Below, piece after piece: positions 10,937 through 23,300 of a stretch of DNA of 64,000 nt. The translations under genes were made by a program, and so were the position numbers. Each line of letters begins with the position of its first letter. The stretch's first letter is position 1. The notes below the pieces were generated by a model. It did no database searches. It had not been told where the DNA came from and was given only the letters and a program-made list of their open reading frames with translations. The stretch covers positions 58,404,001-58,468,000 of the forward strand of contig CM060733.1 of the NCBI GenBank assembly GCA_030704615.1, written 5' to 3'. The DNA is from Takakia lepidozioides. Its lineage: Eukaryota > Plantae > Bryophyta.

Positions 10937-13900
10937 TCAACGCTTCTTCCGCTTTTGAGGTTGCCCTTCGAAAGCTGCAACCGCCTCGGATGCGTTTCCC
11001 ATTTCTGAGGCACGCACCCAAGATGCCTCTACATGATGATAGCCCTTCCATTTGACGAGATACTCCGTTTCTCGGTTCCTCAACCTCCTCGACTTAAGTA
11101 TTGCCTCCACCTCGTACTCAGGTTCATTTTCATGATCCAACAGCATAGGTGGCGGACGCAACACTTGATGCCGATTCGGATGCGCTTCATCTTTGAAGTA
11201 AGGCTTCAAAAGGGAGACATGGAATACTGGGTGCACCTTGTTGTTTGCCGGCAGCTCCAATTCATACACATCCTCATTTATAACCTTCCGAATGCGAAAG
11301 GGTCCCGCATACGGAGGTACGAACTTTGGACTCACTTCCGGAGGTAGTCGGAAATTCTTGATGTTCAACCAGACCTCTATGCCTGCCTCAAACTTCACTT
11401 CCCTCCGCTTCCGATTCGCCTGTCTTTCATACCGTTTCCTAGCTTTGGCAATATTGTACTTTGCGAGCTTCAACAAACGCTCGCGTTCTTCCAGTACCGC
11501 CGCTACTGCCGGTTCCTCAACGTCCTGGGCGGCCCAACTTGTCGGCACCAGAGGTGCTTTTCCATAGACCAATACGAAAGGCGAAACTCCCGTTGCGGAG
11601 TGTTCTGTGTTATTATAACAGAACTCTGCCGCGTCTAAGTGTTCCACCCAGTCTGTTTGGTCTGCCGACACGTAATTCCGCAAGATCTGCTTCACTACGA
11701 AATTCACCCTTTCTGTTTGGCCGTCGGTCGTAGGTCGGAAGGCGGTGCTCATCTTCAGCCTTGTCCCCATCTTCTTCCAAAGTGCCCTCCAAAATTTACT
11801 CGTAAACTTTGGATCGCGGTCCGAGACAATATCCTTCGGGACTCCATGATGCTTTAAGACGTGGGCGAAGTAAAGTCGTCCTGTCTCCTGCGCCGTTGCC
11901 GTCTCCTTGGTGGGGATGAAATGGCCCATTTTACTGAACTTATCCACCACCACCATGATTGCATCGAATCCTTTGACAGCGGCATAGCAGTCATGAAATC
12001 CATCGAGACGCTTTCCCAAGTCCCCTCTGGAATCGGCAAGGGTTGTAACAGCCCCGCTTGCTTTTTGTACTCGCTCCGGTTTTGTTGGCATGTGGTGCAT
12101 GTCTTGACATACTCCTCTGCCTCATCCCTCAGTTTGGGCCAGAAATACTCTTTCTTTAAGAGTGCCGCAGTGCGCTTGGCTCCGCCGTGGCCCGCAAGCG
12201 GGCTATCATGGCATTCTCTCAAGAGGCTATCTCTGATCCCTTCCTTCGGCATGTAGAGACGCTTTTGCCTATACCGGAGCAACCCATTTTGCAAGTGGAA
12301 CTGCGATTTAACCCCCATTCTCAAGTCCTGCATCACGGACTTTGCCAGCTCATCCTTCCGGCAAGCCTTCCGGATCTTCCTTTGGAGCGCCGTCTCGCCC
12401 TTGTACACCAACAAGAGCTGCTGCTTTCTACTTAAAGCATCGGCCACCACGTTGTCTCGTCCCGGTTTGTACTGGATATCCACGTCGAATACCACCAAAG
12501 TATCTTGCCACCTAAGTTGTTTTGGGGACAACTTGGGCTGCGTGGCAAAATACTTCACCGTGACATTGTCCGTGAACACCTTCACTGGGTTGGAACCAAC
12601 ATAGTGGCGCCAGAGCTCAAGACAGTGCACCACCACCTTCATCTCTTTCTCGTGCGTCGGCCACCGTCGCTCCACTTCATTCAGTTTCTTACTTTCGTAA
12701 GCCACTGGACGTCCATCTTGCATCAGTACACCCCCAATCGCGAAGTCCGACGCATCTGTATGTATCTCGAACGGACGATCGAACTCCGGGATTTTCAAGA
12801 CTGGAGCTTCCGCCATCCGCTGCTTCAATTCAGCAAAAGCTTGGCCACAAAAGGTGTTCCATGCCCAGACTTTAGATTTACACAGAAGGTCCGACAGCGG
12901 CCCCGCGATCTTGGCGAAATTTCTCACATACTTCCGGTAATAGGAGGCGAGTCCGAGGAAGGAACGCACTCCCGGGACCGAAGTCGGAGGCTCCCAGTCC
13001 AAGATCGCCCTCACCTTTCTATCATCCATTTTGATCCTATCCTGTGTAATCACATGCCCCAAGAACTCCACTTTCGTGACCCCGAATTCGCACTTTGAAG
13101 CTTTGGCATACAGCTTCCCTTCTCGCAATTTCTGGAACACCCTTTTGAGGTGCTCCAGGTGCTCCTCCTTTGTTTTCGAATACACCAAGATGTCGTCGAT
13201 GTACACGATCACAAAGTCATCCAACCACTCCTGGAAAAGGCTGTTCATCAGCGTGCTAAAGGTCGTAGGTGCATTAGTGAGCCCAAAAGGCATCACCAAG
13301 AACTCATATGAACCATACCTTGTCCTGCACACGGTCTTCTCCTCATCTCCTTCCGCCACCCGAATTTGATGATAGCCGGAGCGCAAGTCGATCCGGCTGA
13401 AATACTTCGCTCCTGCCAACCGATCGAAGAGGTCGTCGATCCTTGGCAAAGGGTACCGGTTTTTGATAGTCACCTTATTCAGAGCCCTGTAATCGACACA
13501 CATCCGCAGCGTCCCATCCTTCTTGTCTGCGAATAGCACCGGGGCTCCGTAAGGTGACTTACTCGGCCGGATATACCCCTTTGACATTAGATCCTTGAGC
13601 TGAGTCTTCAGCTCGACCAACTCCCTGTGGCTCAACCGGTAGGGTGCCTTGGCAGGTGGTTCCGTTCCCGGTATCACCTCAATCTTGTGGTCAACTCCTC
13701 TTCGCGGTGGCAAGCCGCTTGGTAAATCCTCCGGCATCACATCCTGGTATTTCTCCAAAATCCCCTTGATCCAATCTGGGCTCGGCTCCCCATCGCCTTC
13801 TCCCTTCACTTCTCTAATGTAAAGCAAAAACTAGGATTCGTGTGCCTCCTCCACGGCCCACTCCCTTGCTGACAGAAGGTTTATTCGCCCTCCCACGGAT

Positions 13901-14865
13901 TTGGGCGTTTCCGACACTCGTAAAACCTCGCCACCATTCCCACATGGCAGCGTGACCACTCTCTTGCGGCCATCTATGACCGCTCCGGATTTGCTCAAAA
14001 AGGTCATCCCCAAAATGAGATCCACTCCATCGATCTCACAGATGGTGAAGTTCTCACGTCCCTCCCAACTCCCCAGTTGAAGAGGAACATCAAACGCCAA
14101 CCTTGTCGCCAACTGTGGTTCTCCTCTGGCAGAACGCACCTCAATAGAGGCCCCCACGTCACTTGTCGAGAGTCCCAACTTTCGCGCCGTCGCCGGCGTC
14201 ATGAAGGAGTGCGACGCTCCTGTGTCCACCAACAACGACACGTTAGTTCCGGATATTATCCCATCCACGAACAATAACTGACTCCCTTTACGCAGGGCGC
14301 CAGTTTCCTGATACAACTCACAAGAATAGTTGCATACCTTGCAAGTCCTGGCAACCACCGCTTCCACCAAGCGACTGATGGTATCTTCCGACAGCTCCGT
14401 GGTTGCCCGAGTCATGTTCAATTGACGAGGTTTTGTGCACTTCTTGGCCATGTGCCCGGGCTCCCCGCAATTGAAACACACTCCATCAAAGGTCGCCTTC
14501 TGTCCGCCATAAGCCGCTCCACCCGCTTTTCCTTTCGAAGCACCGGGTGCCACCTTGACGTGTGAAGGTCCTCCCTTCGATTTCCACGTGCCATGGTCGC
14601 CGCGTGGCCTATCCCACTTCTTTTCCGGTCGGAAGGAGTCACCTTCCCGCCGGGTCTTCTTGTGGTTCAGCTCCGTACGGCCTTGTCTCTCACCCTTAGG
14701 GACATCCGAGAAACATTCAGCCCTCTCAATTGCCTCGTTCAAAGTCTTGGGTGGCTTCTCCTCCAACTTCCGCCTGGCCCATGGGGCCAGTCCCGCCACA
14801 AAGTTGAAGACCATTTCTGGTTCTGCCATGTCCGCGACTTTGAGCAACAACACATTGAAAACCTG
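10937..14865 (-). mobile_element. Ty3/Gypsy chromovirus LTR retrotransposon gag-pol, 5'-truncated and disabled
   Basis: Gag zinc knuckle CFNCGEPGHMAKKC, protease LVDTGASH, RT ([20 protein letters not shown]), RNase H (TDASDFAIG), integrase ([30 protein letters not shown]) and C-terminal chromodomain (YEVEAILKSR..YLVKWKGY). In-frame TAG at 13831-13833; frameshift near 11970. Confidence 0.95.
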
Positions 14866-14867
14866 GA

Positions 14868-15629
14868 CATGCAGGCTCGGGTGTCTCGTATCACCAAAGT
14901 CCCTTCTCCGGGGTATGGACGGATTTACATAGTGCTGTCAATTGGGTCAGTTCTTCATGGCAAAGAATATCAGGGTACCGTCGGGAATTTCCCTTCGTGC
15001 ACTTGTCCGGACTTTGTAACGATGTGTGAGGGCGCTCTCGGCATGAGAGGAAAGTGGGTCCCCTGCAAGCATCAATATTACATATACCTTGTGATAATGT
15101 GTTGCGACGGTAAGAGAGACCAATTCATCCACCAAGCCACACTAGGCTATGGAGAAGTGAACACCTTTCTACAGCGGGACACCTCGCGTGGAGCTCCGCC
15201 AACTTCTCTTTGAACACATACGAGCCATGCCCGCTTCCCATGCTGGTTTGCAGGTTGCCGTGTGAAGACTTTGCATTTCTGACAAACATATGGATTTCGT
15301 TTACGGAACCAGGGCAAATGCACATGCAATTCATTGTAAGCGTCTATCTGTGAATTGAAATAAACTGTGACAATCATTCTGAGCTCAAATCTGCCATGTT
15401 TTCATATTTCTGTTTTTGAGCGGGCATTGCACACATGGTGTGTGTTGGCCCCCTTTGTTTTGTCCACGGTAATAGGCCCTCTTCCTGCAATCCTCGCCTA
15501 CAGGACCTTCTTCTCCAGCAGATTGGTGCCGCTCACGCTTCCCTGAAGCGTGAGCTCAGCTCACGCTTTCTAGCTTGGACGTGAGCTCAGCTCCCAGGCT
15601 CACGGGGCTGGGCTCACGCCGTAGCTACG
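14868..15629 (+). mobile_element. Remnant of a fourth MULE-family element: transposase C-terminus (SWIM) plus right terminus
   Basis: MQARV...NFPSCTCPDFV...GKWVPCKHQY...FIHQATL...LQRDT (stop at 15213) is homologous to 55875-56200. It is followed by CCACGGTAATAGG (15464), GCTCACGC/GCGTGAGC repeats and the end GCTCACGCCGTAGCTACG, in register with the 56832 end. Confidence 0.85.
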
Positions 15630-16925
15630 CTCCTTATTGTTGGGTCGACCGCGGCTGAAACAGGCCAGGGTATTCCATGATTGGAATTCCCAGTTACTAA
15701 CTGTGCATGATGGGATGCACAAGATACAAATCACCACTAAGAAATCTAGTAGATTACCTGCTACGAGAAGACCTCAAGGGGTGGATCTGTTAACATGATT
15801 TGCAAATGAAGTATCTGATGTATACCATGTCTGAAATCTAAATGTGCCCGACCTCTTGCTCATGCATTCTTTTCAATGAATCGAGCTTCTCCTCAGCCAG
15901 AATGGAGCCGTTTCTGAGCAGCTGGACCTCTGACGAGAACTGGGCAGCGAGGTAGCACGATCACCTACTCACCCACACCATGAAGCCCGGTGGTGAATTC
16001 TACCCAGTTTTGTTTCTGCATCTGAACACAACCTGACATACCCTTCGTACTCATGGAAAATCAATCACGAAGACTCACTATGCGGGTCTGAAACAAGGAA
16101 GTAAGGTGTAATCTAAACTGCATTTTTCTTCTTTCCCACCCAATCACGAGTGAAAGCTTCCGATTCCGTCTACAAGAAACTCCTCCCTATTTGTTGTCTT
16201 TTCGAATTATAGGTAATCTGGAGCTTGAAATCCGGCCCTTTTGGATGAATCTGGACCCACACTCGATCCCTGCTCCTTCAGCTATCCATGCCTGTGCTTG
16301 CAAGGTGAACGATGGCGGAAAACGCAGAGCTCCTGCAGTTCAAGAAGATGAAGATCCGGGCATTGCGGGCAGTTCCAAAAACGTTGGTGCGGCGATTTCT
16401 ATTGGCCTATTTCGTGCGGGCAGTCCGGGCAGTTTCCAAAAAAATTTGACGACGACAATGATGTGGCACTATGGCACCCTATTCCTGCTCTACGCTAAAC
16501 TAGCTTCCGACCTTCGGTCGTCGCTAGAATATAGATAGATATAGATGCTCATATATTAAAAGTGTATGCTCTATGCTGTAATTACCTGTCATTATCTTTT
16601 CACACGTGTCTTCTGTCATCTGCTCTCAATGTCGAAAAGCTTATAAATGATTCAAATGGAATATATATTAATCTTCTTTAAAGTTAATAATATATGTAAT
16701 AATAACTAGTGAAGGGGGATCCAACCGCTCACCGCCTAGTGAAGGTATATCTGGAGGCTTATCCATTCAGCCTACCTCCATTACTCGCACCCTATACCCG
16801 CTCATAAGGAGTCCCCACAATGCCTCTATCCCAAGTAAATTGGGACAGAGCCAATAAAATAAAAATTCATATCAGATTCTCACATCCTCTCAAAGTTTGG
16901 AGTGAATGGAATGGAAGCTTTGAGT

Positions 16926-17446
16926 TGGGCCTGATTGACTGGTTGTTGACCCGGTGGATTTCCTGGGCCTGGTTGACTGGTAGTTGACCTGGTGGATTCT
17001 CGGGCCTGGTTAACTGGTAGCAGTGATTTTTTTCTTAAATTTGAAAATTAGCACGAGTGGCTCCAAGAAATAGCTATATATTCTGTTCATCCACTGAAAA
17101 TTTGGATAGAATCATCCTCCTATGCACTTTCATCCATCTATATCATCCACATTTATCCTTTGTTTTTTTGTCCTTGTAGAAGTTTGGCGATTTCATCCAT
17201 GAAAAATTGGGAATTTACGACAGAATATTCTATTTTAATGTTTTGAGGTCGCCATTTGGTGATTTAACACTGACTGGTAGTTGAGCCAGTGGACTGTTGG
17301 GCCTGGTTGACCGGTTGTTGACCCAGTGGAATGTCGGGCCTGGTTGACTGGTTGTTAACCTGGTGGAATGTCGGGCCCGGTTGACTGGTTGTTGACCCGG
17401 TGGACGGTCGGGCATCGTTGACTGGTTGTTAACCCGGTGAAATGCT
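16926..17446 (+). repeat. 37-bp tandem repeat in two blocks (~3 and ~5 copies)
   Basis: Unit approximately GGGCCTGGTTGACTGGTTGTTGACCCGGTGGAATGTC at 16926-17020 and 17270-17446. Confidence 0.85.
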
Positions 17447-17564
17447 GGGGAGGGGGTTGGGAGAGACTACGCTTTTCTGACAAACCCCCATGCGCTTGGG
17501 ACCCACAGTGGGCCATCCATTACTTAAGCGATGGACCACAAGTTTACTATGTACTTGTTACATA

Positions 17565-18189
17565 CCGTACTTACCTAGCTTATTAGGCAATAATTAATTC
17601 AAAATCAAGTGCCTAATTAAATTTAGAATATTTTTGAAAAATGTGCCTAAAACTTGGAAAGTGCTCCTGAGAAGTGCCTAATTGCTCGAAAACTGTGAAA
17701 AATACCAAAATGTCCAAATATGTGGAAAAAATGCCTACAATTTAAAAAATGCCTACAATTACCTCAACAATAGTTCTTGAGGGAGGTCAAAAACAAGTGT
17801 TCATTATGTTATTTTGTTATGGACGTGGTGCCTTTCGATAAGAACAGTAGATCCTTGATAAGAGTGGATGAATGTTTTCTCAAACGAATTATATTAAGGC
17901 TCAGCATAAGATCTAGTGGTGTGCTAACAAAGAGGAGAGCCATATTTTCATAACACATATCAAATAACGCTCTAGTCATGCCATTTTCAAGTGTAAATTC
18001 TTACAGACCAAAGATTTCATAACATTAAGGGTGACATAACAAAAATAACCTTTATCCAGGGTCGACTGGCCTAATGGCTGGAATTTACCTAGGTGAGGTG
18101 CCTAAATAATAAAAACGAATCTGCCTAATAATATTCCATTTTTATTAATTATTAGGCTCGGAAGTGCCTAATAAGCTAGGTAAGTACGG
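17565..18189. mobile_element. MITE (non-autonomous, Tc1/mariner-pogo-like) with 25-bp TIRs and TA target duplication
   Basis: CCGTACTTACCTAGCTTATTAGGCA (17565-17589) has its exact reverse complement at 18165-18189. TA flanks both ends. The interior is AT-rich with recurring GTGCCTAA and no long ORF. Confidence 0.9.
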
Positions 18190-19694
18190 TACTGTCACTC
18201 CCCACACTAACTTACTCTATCTTAGTTCAAGTAAGTATGGAGCTGTTCATTTTCTTGTCAAAAGCTTCAGAGATAAACACTGGTTGCATGCAGACGTCAG
18301 TGGGGCGGAGGAACAGCGTCTGTTCTGTAAAAGTGAGCAACTTGCTTTGGTACAAGCCTGCCACGCTTGCTACCAATCCGCAGGCTCTGTGCGCAATTGT
18401 GGTGGGCCGTCAGCAGTTGGGCCCGACGAGTGCTTACAAAAACTGCTCTGATTCAGCTGCTTGTAGCGAGCTGTGGAGCTGCTTCCCGGTGCTCCATCGT
18501 TCTTGAGCTTCTCTTACCAGAAAGGGCTTGTGGACTTAGTGGAATTCAGCTCAGTTCTCTTTCTTGGTTTGTCTGTGGCAATTGATCTTGGCCGACGTCA
18601 GTTTGTTGGCTGGCAGCTCAAGAAGACTGTTGGGCGAAAGAAAAGTGCAAAGAAGGAGCTTCGGAGAGAGAAATGAAATGAAATGGTGCTTTATAACGTA
18701 AAGAGAGAGAGAGAGTGGGAGAGAGAGAATTTATCTCGGTCACAGAGGAAAGAGAAGGGGAGAGTGGTGGATGCACTGGGCGTTTATCTTCTCTTCCAGC
18801 TCCCCTGGTACATGATGGGAGTGTAGAGTAGGGGGAGAAAGGGCCAGGGGTAGGTTCGTAGGTTCAGTAAGGGGGAAAACCAATGGCGTCCCGGCCCGGG
18901 GGCTTGGAGATGGTGGAAGTATGGGCCGAAAGAGCCGGGTCTCAATTTTCGAGAAGTTTGAGGGCAACCGGGAGATTAAGCAGTCCCCGCTTGAGCTGGC
19001 GTCTGGATCCAGACAATGTGTTTTGGCGGGCCTTTAGCCTCTCCGAGGTAAGCTTTGAAAATGACCCACCTTGTCCTCTGCGAAACAGGTTACCATGTAT
19101 ATCTAGGCAGCCTAAGGTCCGGCATTCACAATGTAATGTGCTCTTCTCTCTTCTCTATTTGCTTTCATCTTCGAAATGTTGATCAATGGAGGGTAGACCA
19201 ACCGGTGAATTCTAGTCGCCCCTGCTCGGATTGAATTGAGGCAAGCTCCTGCTATTCCCTGTTGGGGACTATGAGTTTTTCCCACGACTTGCAGATGACC
19301 TCATCTTCCTCACCACTGTTTTGGGCATCTTAGGAACCCAACATAGGGGCTAGCAAGTTCATCAGATTCTACTCTGAAAGAAACCTCTTATCTCCTACTT
19401 CACTGAAATTGAAAGAGGCGGAGAATTCCTCATCAAGCAGAGAAAATATACTCTTTGAGCGGCCCTTGTGGACTTTTGGCTTGCATCCTGTTGAAGACAC
19501 AGTGGCCTCTAACTCTCCCCGAACCAATGTTGGGATTTCATCAAACTGATATTGGGAACTCAGTCTGAAATTAGCACTGAACAGCTGACGAGGGTTCAGG
19601 AAGATAGATTCATGAGCTGACATGGACATTTATGGTAACAAGAATGATGTCAATATGGACACTGCGAGTGCGGTGGATGCACCTACCAGTGCTT

Positions 19695-20325
19695 GAAAAT
19701 GAAATGAAATGGTGCTTTATAACGACCGCGGAAAGCTCATAGAGCTTAAAAGAAAAAAAACTTTATAACGTCCATGGGAAGCTCAAGGAGCTTAAGGAAC
19801 AAAAGAAAGCAGGATACAAGGAAGAAAGTGGGACCCTTTACAAACAGCCCAAAAACAACTAAAGAAAGAAAACGAATTTATTACGTTCTTGGGAGGGCAC
19901 ATGAGACAGAAAAGTATAGAACCACCTAAAAGAGAGGTACCACGTTAGGAGAAATGAAATGAAATGAAATGGTGCTTTATAATGTCCGCGGTGAGAAATG
20001 AAATGAAATGGAATGGTGCTTTATAATGTCCGCGGAAAGCTCATAGAGCGGGACAAAATGGAAGAAAACATGAGAGAGGAAACAAAAAACCCCCTGGAGC
20101 CAGAGATAGAAACTATTGTTCGAGTGATTGTCTAAGGGTGAGTGCCTCGTGCAGGTAAGCTGCCAAGCATTTCTGATCTTCAAGTGAAAGACTTCAGTGA
20201 GAGATTGAATCTCCCACGGATCTCATAGTATAGAGGGCAATAGGAGAAGAAGTGTTCTTCAGTTTCAATTTCCTGGTTGCGCCCTGTGCAAGCTGGACAT
20301 AGGCGGTCCTCCTGCTGCAGGAGAG
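19695..20325 (-). mobile_element. Cluster of 5'-truncated RTE-X-like LINE 3' ends, antisense, in ABCG intron 1
   Basis: (GAAAT)n tails next to GGTGCTTTATAA..CCGCGGAAAGCTCATAGAGC; reverse complement of the 3' ends seen at 29600-29940. Confidence 0.85.
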
Positions 20326-23300
20326 AGAGAGGACTTTTATAGCCCAAAGGGGATTATGGCTAGTAGTTGTAACTGAGAAAAAATAGCACCAAGTCAAGGT
20401 GCTTGACTTTTGCCAGGGATATCAGCCTCTGTAGGGACAATGGGTACTAACAATGATCAGTTGGAGATCTCTTTAGAATGCCATTTGCCCCAAATTGTGT
20501 GGGAGATTTTCATCGTTTGATGGACAGAGGTCCTGACAGGCCTCTCTTTGTGGAAATCATTTGCAAATATTTGTTTTTGCCATAGGGGTTGGTTTGTGGC
20601 ATTCAGTGCCACATGACTCCAGTGTATGTGGTTTCTCTTGAAGGGTTTCATGGTGGCAGCCAGGTCCAGAACTATGCGTGATGTTTGGTACACAAATTGG
20701 TTGATTAGTTGCAAGAAGAAAATGTAAAACAATGCCATGGGTGTTGTCTTTCAGACCACCCCCGCCTAATTATGGAGCATTGGACAAAGTTGAGTTTATT
20801 AGGATCTACATGATAAAGACCTGTACACATGCCCTTCTTTAAAAATAACCAAACAGTCTTCCTTGCCTGCAGGGAAGTGCATGTTGATGATGAGGAGGCT
20901 CTCAAGTGGGCAGCTCTGGAGAAACTTCCTACTTTTGACCGCCTTCGCCACACTGTCACAGTAAACAAGGATGGCAACAAGATCGTCCATGACACTGTGG
21001 ATTTACGGACCCTGGGATTGGCGGAACGCCAAGACTTGATACAAAAAACTCTTAAAGTTGCTGAGGAAGACAATGAGAAGTTTCTCTTGAAGCTGCGGAA
21101 ACGAATTGACAGGTGGGTGATCCCGATTGTTTGAATTGTCTTAGCATTTGAGGCTGGGCAGAGACAAGAACAACTTGAATGTGCCTCAGTCATAGAGGTT
21201 GGTTTGTCAACAGAGGCTGATGACCTCAAGTTCCTCGGGATGCATTTCTGGAAGAAGAGGCTAGAAATAAACGTCAGTCATAGACGTCAGTCATAGACGT
21301 TGCATTGTTGAAGGCTAACAACCTTGCCTTCTGATCCCAAGGTACGGTCTACACTCAGTTTGTTGTGAGAACATCACTCAGCTTCTTTCTGGACTAAAGC
21401 CAGTATCTGATGTGACAGGGCGGGAATAGAAATTCCCACGATAGAGGTTCGATATGAAAATTTGACAGTAAATGCAGACTGTCGAGTTGGAGGCAGAGCT
21501 CTTCCCACCCTTTGGAACTCTGCAAGAAACATTCTTGAGGTTTGTTATAAAGCTGGACCTTAACACTGATTGGTTATTGCAGTATGGATAGTGGCTGGCC
21601 ATTTTGGTAGGTGGGCTTCCAATAAGCCTACTCTTGAGGTTGCTTTCTAGATATTCACTTCTTTATCAAGGCCTTACTTCATATTTAGTGTCCCAGCAGG
21701 ACCAAAAATTGTTCGGTTGATTCTGGTTACATGCATAGTAGTGTCCCCAGATACTGAGCTGATGGTGTTTCAATTTTGGCAGGTCCTATTGGCCCCCATT
21801 TTGCGGAGGAGAAAGACAGAGCTCAATATATTACACAATGTCAGTGGCAGTATCAAGCCTGGCAGGTGTGGTTGCCTACTTAGACCTTTCCAACCTTTGA
21901 ATCAATGTAAATCCATCTAGAAGATGCGTTGGAACCAGTCTGAGAGGCTTGAGATAGTTGTAGGCTTCACAAGCTACAATTTAATGGATTTTACCCACAA
22001 GTTTCTGGACTGAATGTCTACAACTTGGCAGTCCCTCATCATGTCCCACGAATGAGATTCCACTGTGTCTTTGCTTCTTCTGTATTTGGTCTCTACTGAT
22101 AGCCTGGTAACATGTCAACTTGTATTGTATGATACTGGTCTTGTAAACTTCTATTCTTCAATTGGCACAATTGTATAATACTTGTTTGTCCAAAATTCTT
22201 GGTCCTGCAGGATGACGTTGCTTCTTGGGCCCCCAAGCTCAGGGAAGACGACTTTGCTGCTAGCTTTGGCTGGAAAGCTCGATCCCGACCTGAGAGTAAG
22301 AACCCAGCTGCTTGTTTCTATCTACATTATTGGGTGGAGGAGGCCACAAGTTGTATTCATGTTGGCTTTAAGCACTGAAGTCTGCAAATGAATTGATTTT
22401 CCGCAGGTCTCTGGGAAGGTGACATACAATGGGCATACACTGGATGAGTTTGTGCCGCAGAAAACAGCAGTGTACATAAGCCAACATGACTTACACACAC
22501 CCGAAATGACTGTTCGTGAAACCCTCGTCTTTTCTGCACGTTGCCAAGGGGTTAGCCCCCACTATGGTGAGTTTACTCCTTCGGTAATTTTGCACTTTCT
22601 GAATGGATGGATGGCTGTGGAAAAGAAGACTTTTTGTGATCTCACTGGTCATGGGGCCACCTAAATCCTTGTTGTTCACCCAAGAATAATATATGACTGA
22701 CATCTACTCCTCCTTCAAACCTACTCATACTTCACCATGTGATGTATCAAGTCTGAATAGTGCCCTCTGGATGCCATCTTTGTATCAAACTACATCTCAG
22801 GGGTCATTGTGAAATCAAGTCCTGGTGTAGATTTGTCAGGGAATTCAGTAAGATGCTTGTTTTTCATTCACATGGTCGAATACAGAGCTACTTCTGGAGC
22901 TGGTGAAAAGAGAGAAGGCAGCAGGCATTTTCCCCGAGGCTGATGTTGATTTCTTCATGAAAGTACGCAACTAAGTGGTTTGTCTGGTTCTCTTTGAAAG
23001 TTGTACTCTACAGTTTCGAGGGAATTAATTGGACTCAATAGATTCCACAATTGTTTAATGCATGATGGGGGGATAGAAAATCATTCCCAGCTTTTTTGTC
23101 TCTCGCGGGGCTACCTATTTTTCTCTCCTTTGTGTATGTAAATCAATCTTGCAGCTGTGGGCTCAACTAATATTGTTATGGCAGGCCACAGTGGAGAGCG
23201 GCCTTCAAACTGATTACACCTTGAGGGTAGGATCATATCCATTAGACATTTTGCTCGTTCCAGATTGTAAGGTCCTCAATCATAATTTAGGTGGTCCTCA

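Noticed and set aside
14593-15213. 206-aa standalone gene
   Set aside because: Chimeric ORF: the first half is antisense gag, the second half is the transposase SWIM remnant.
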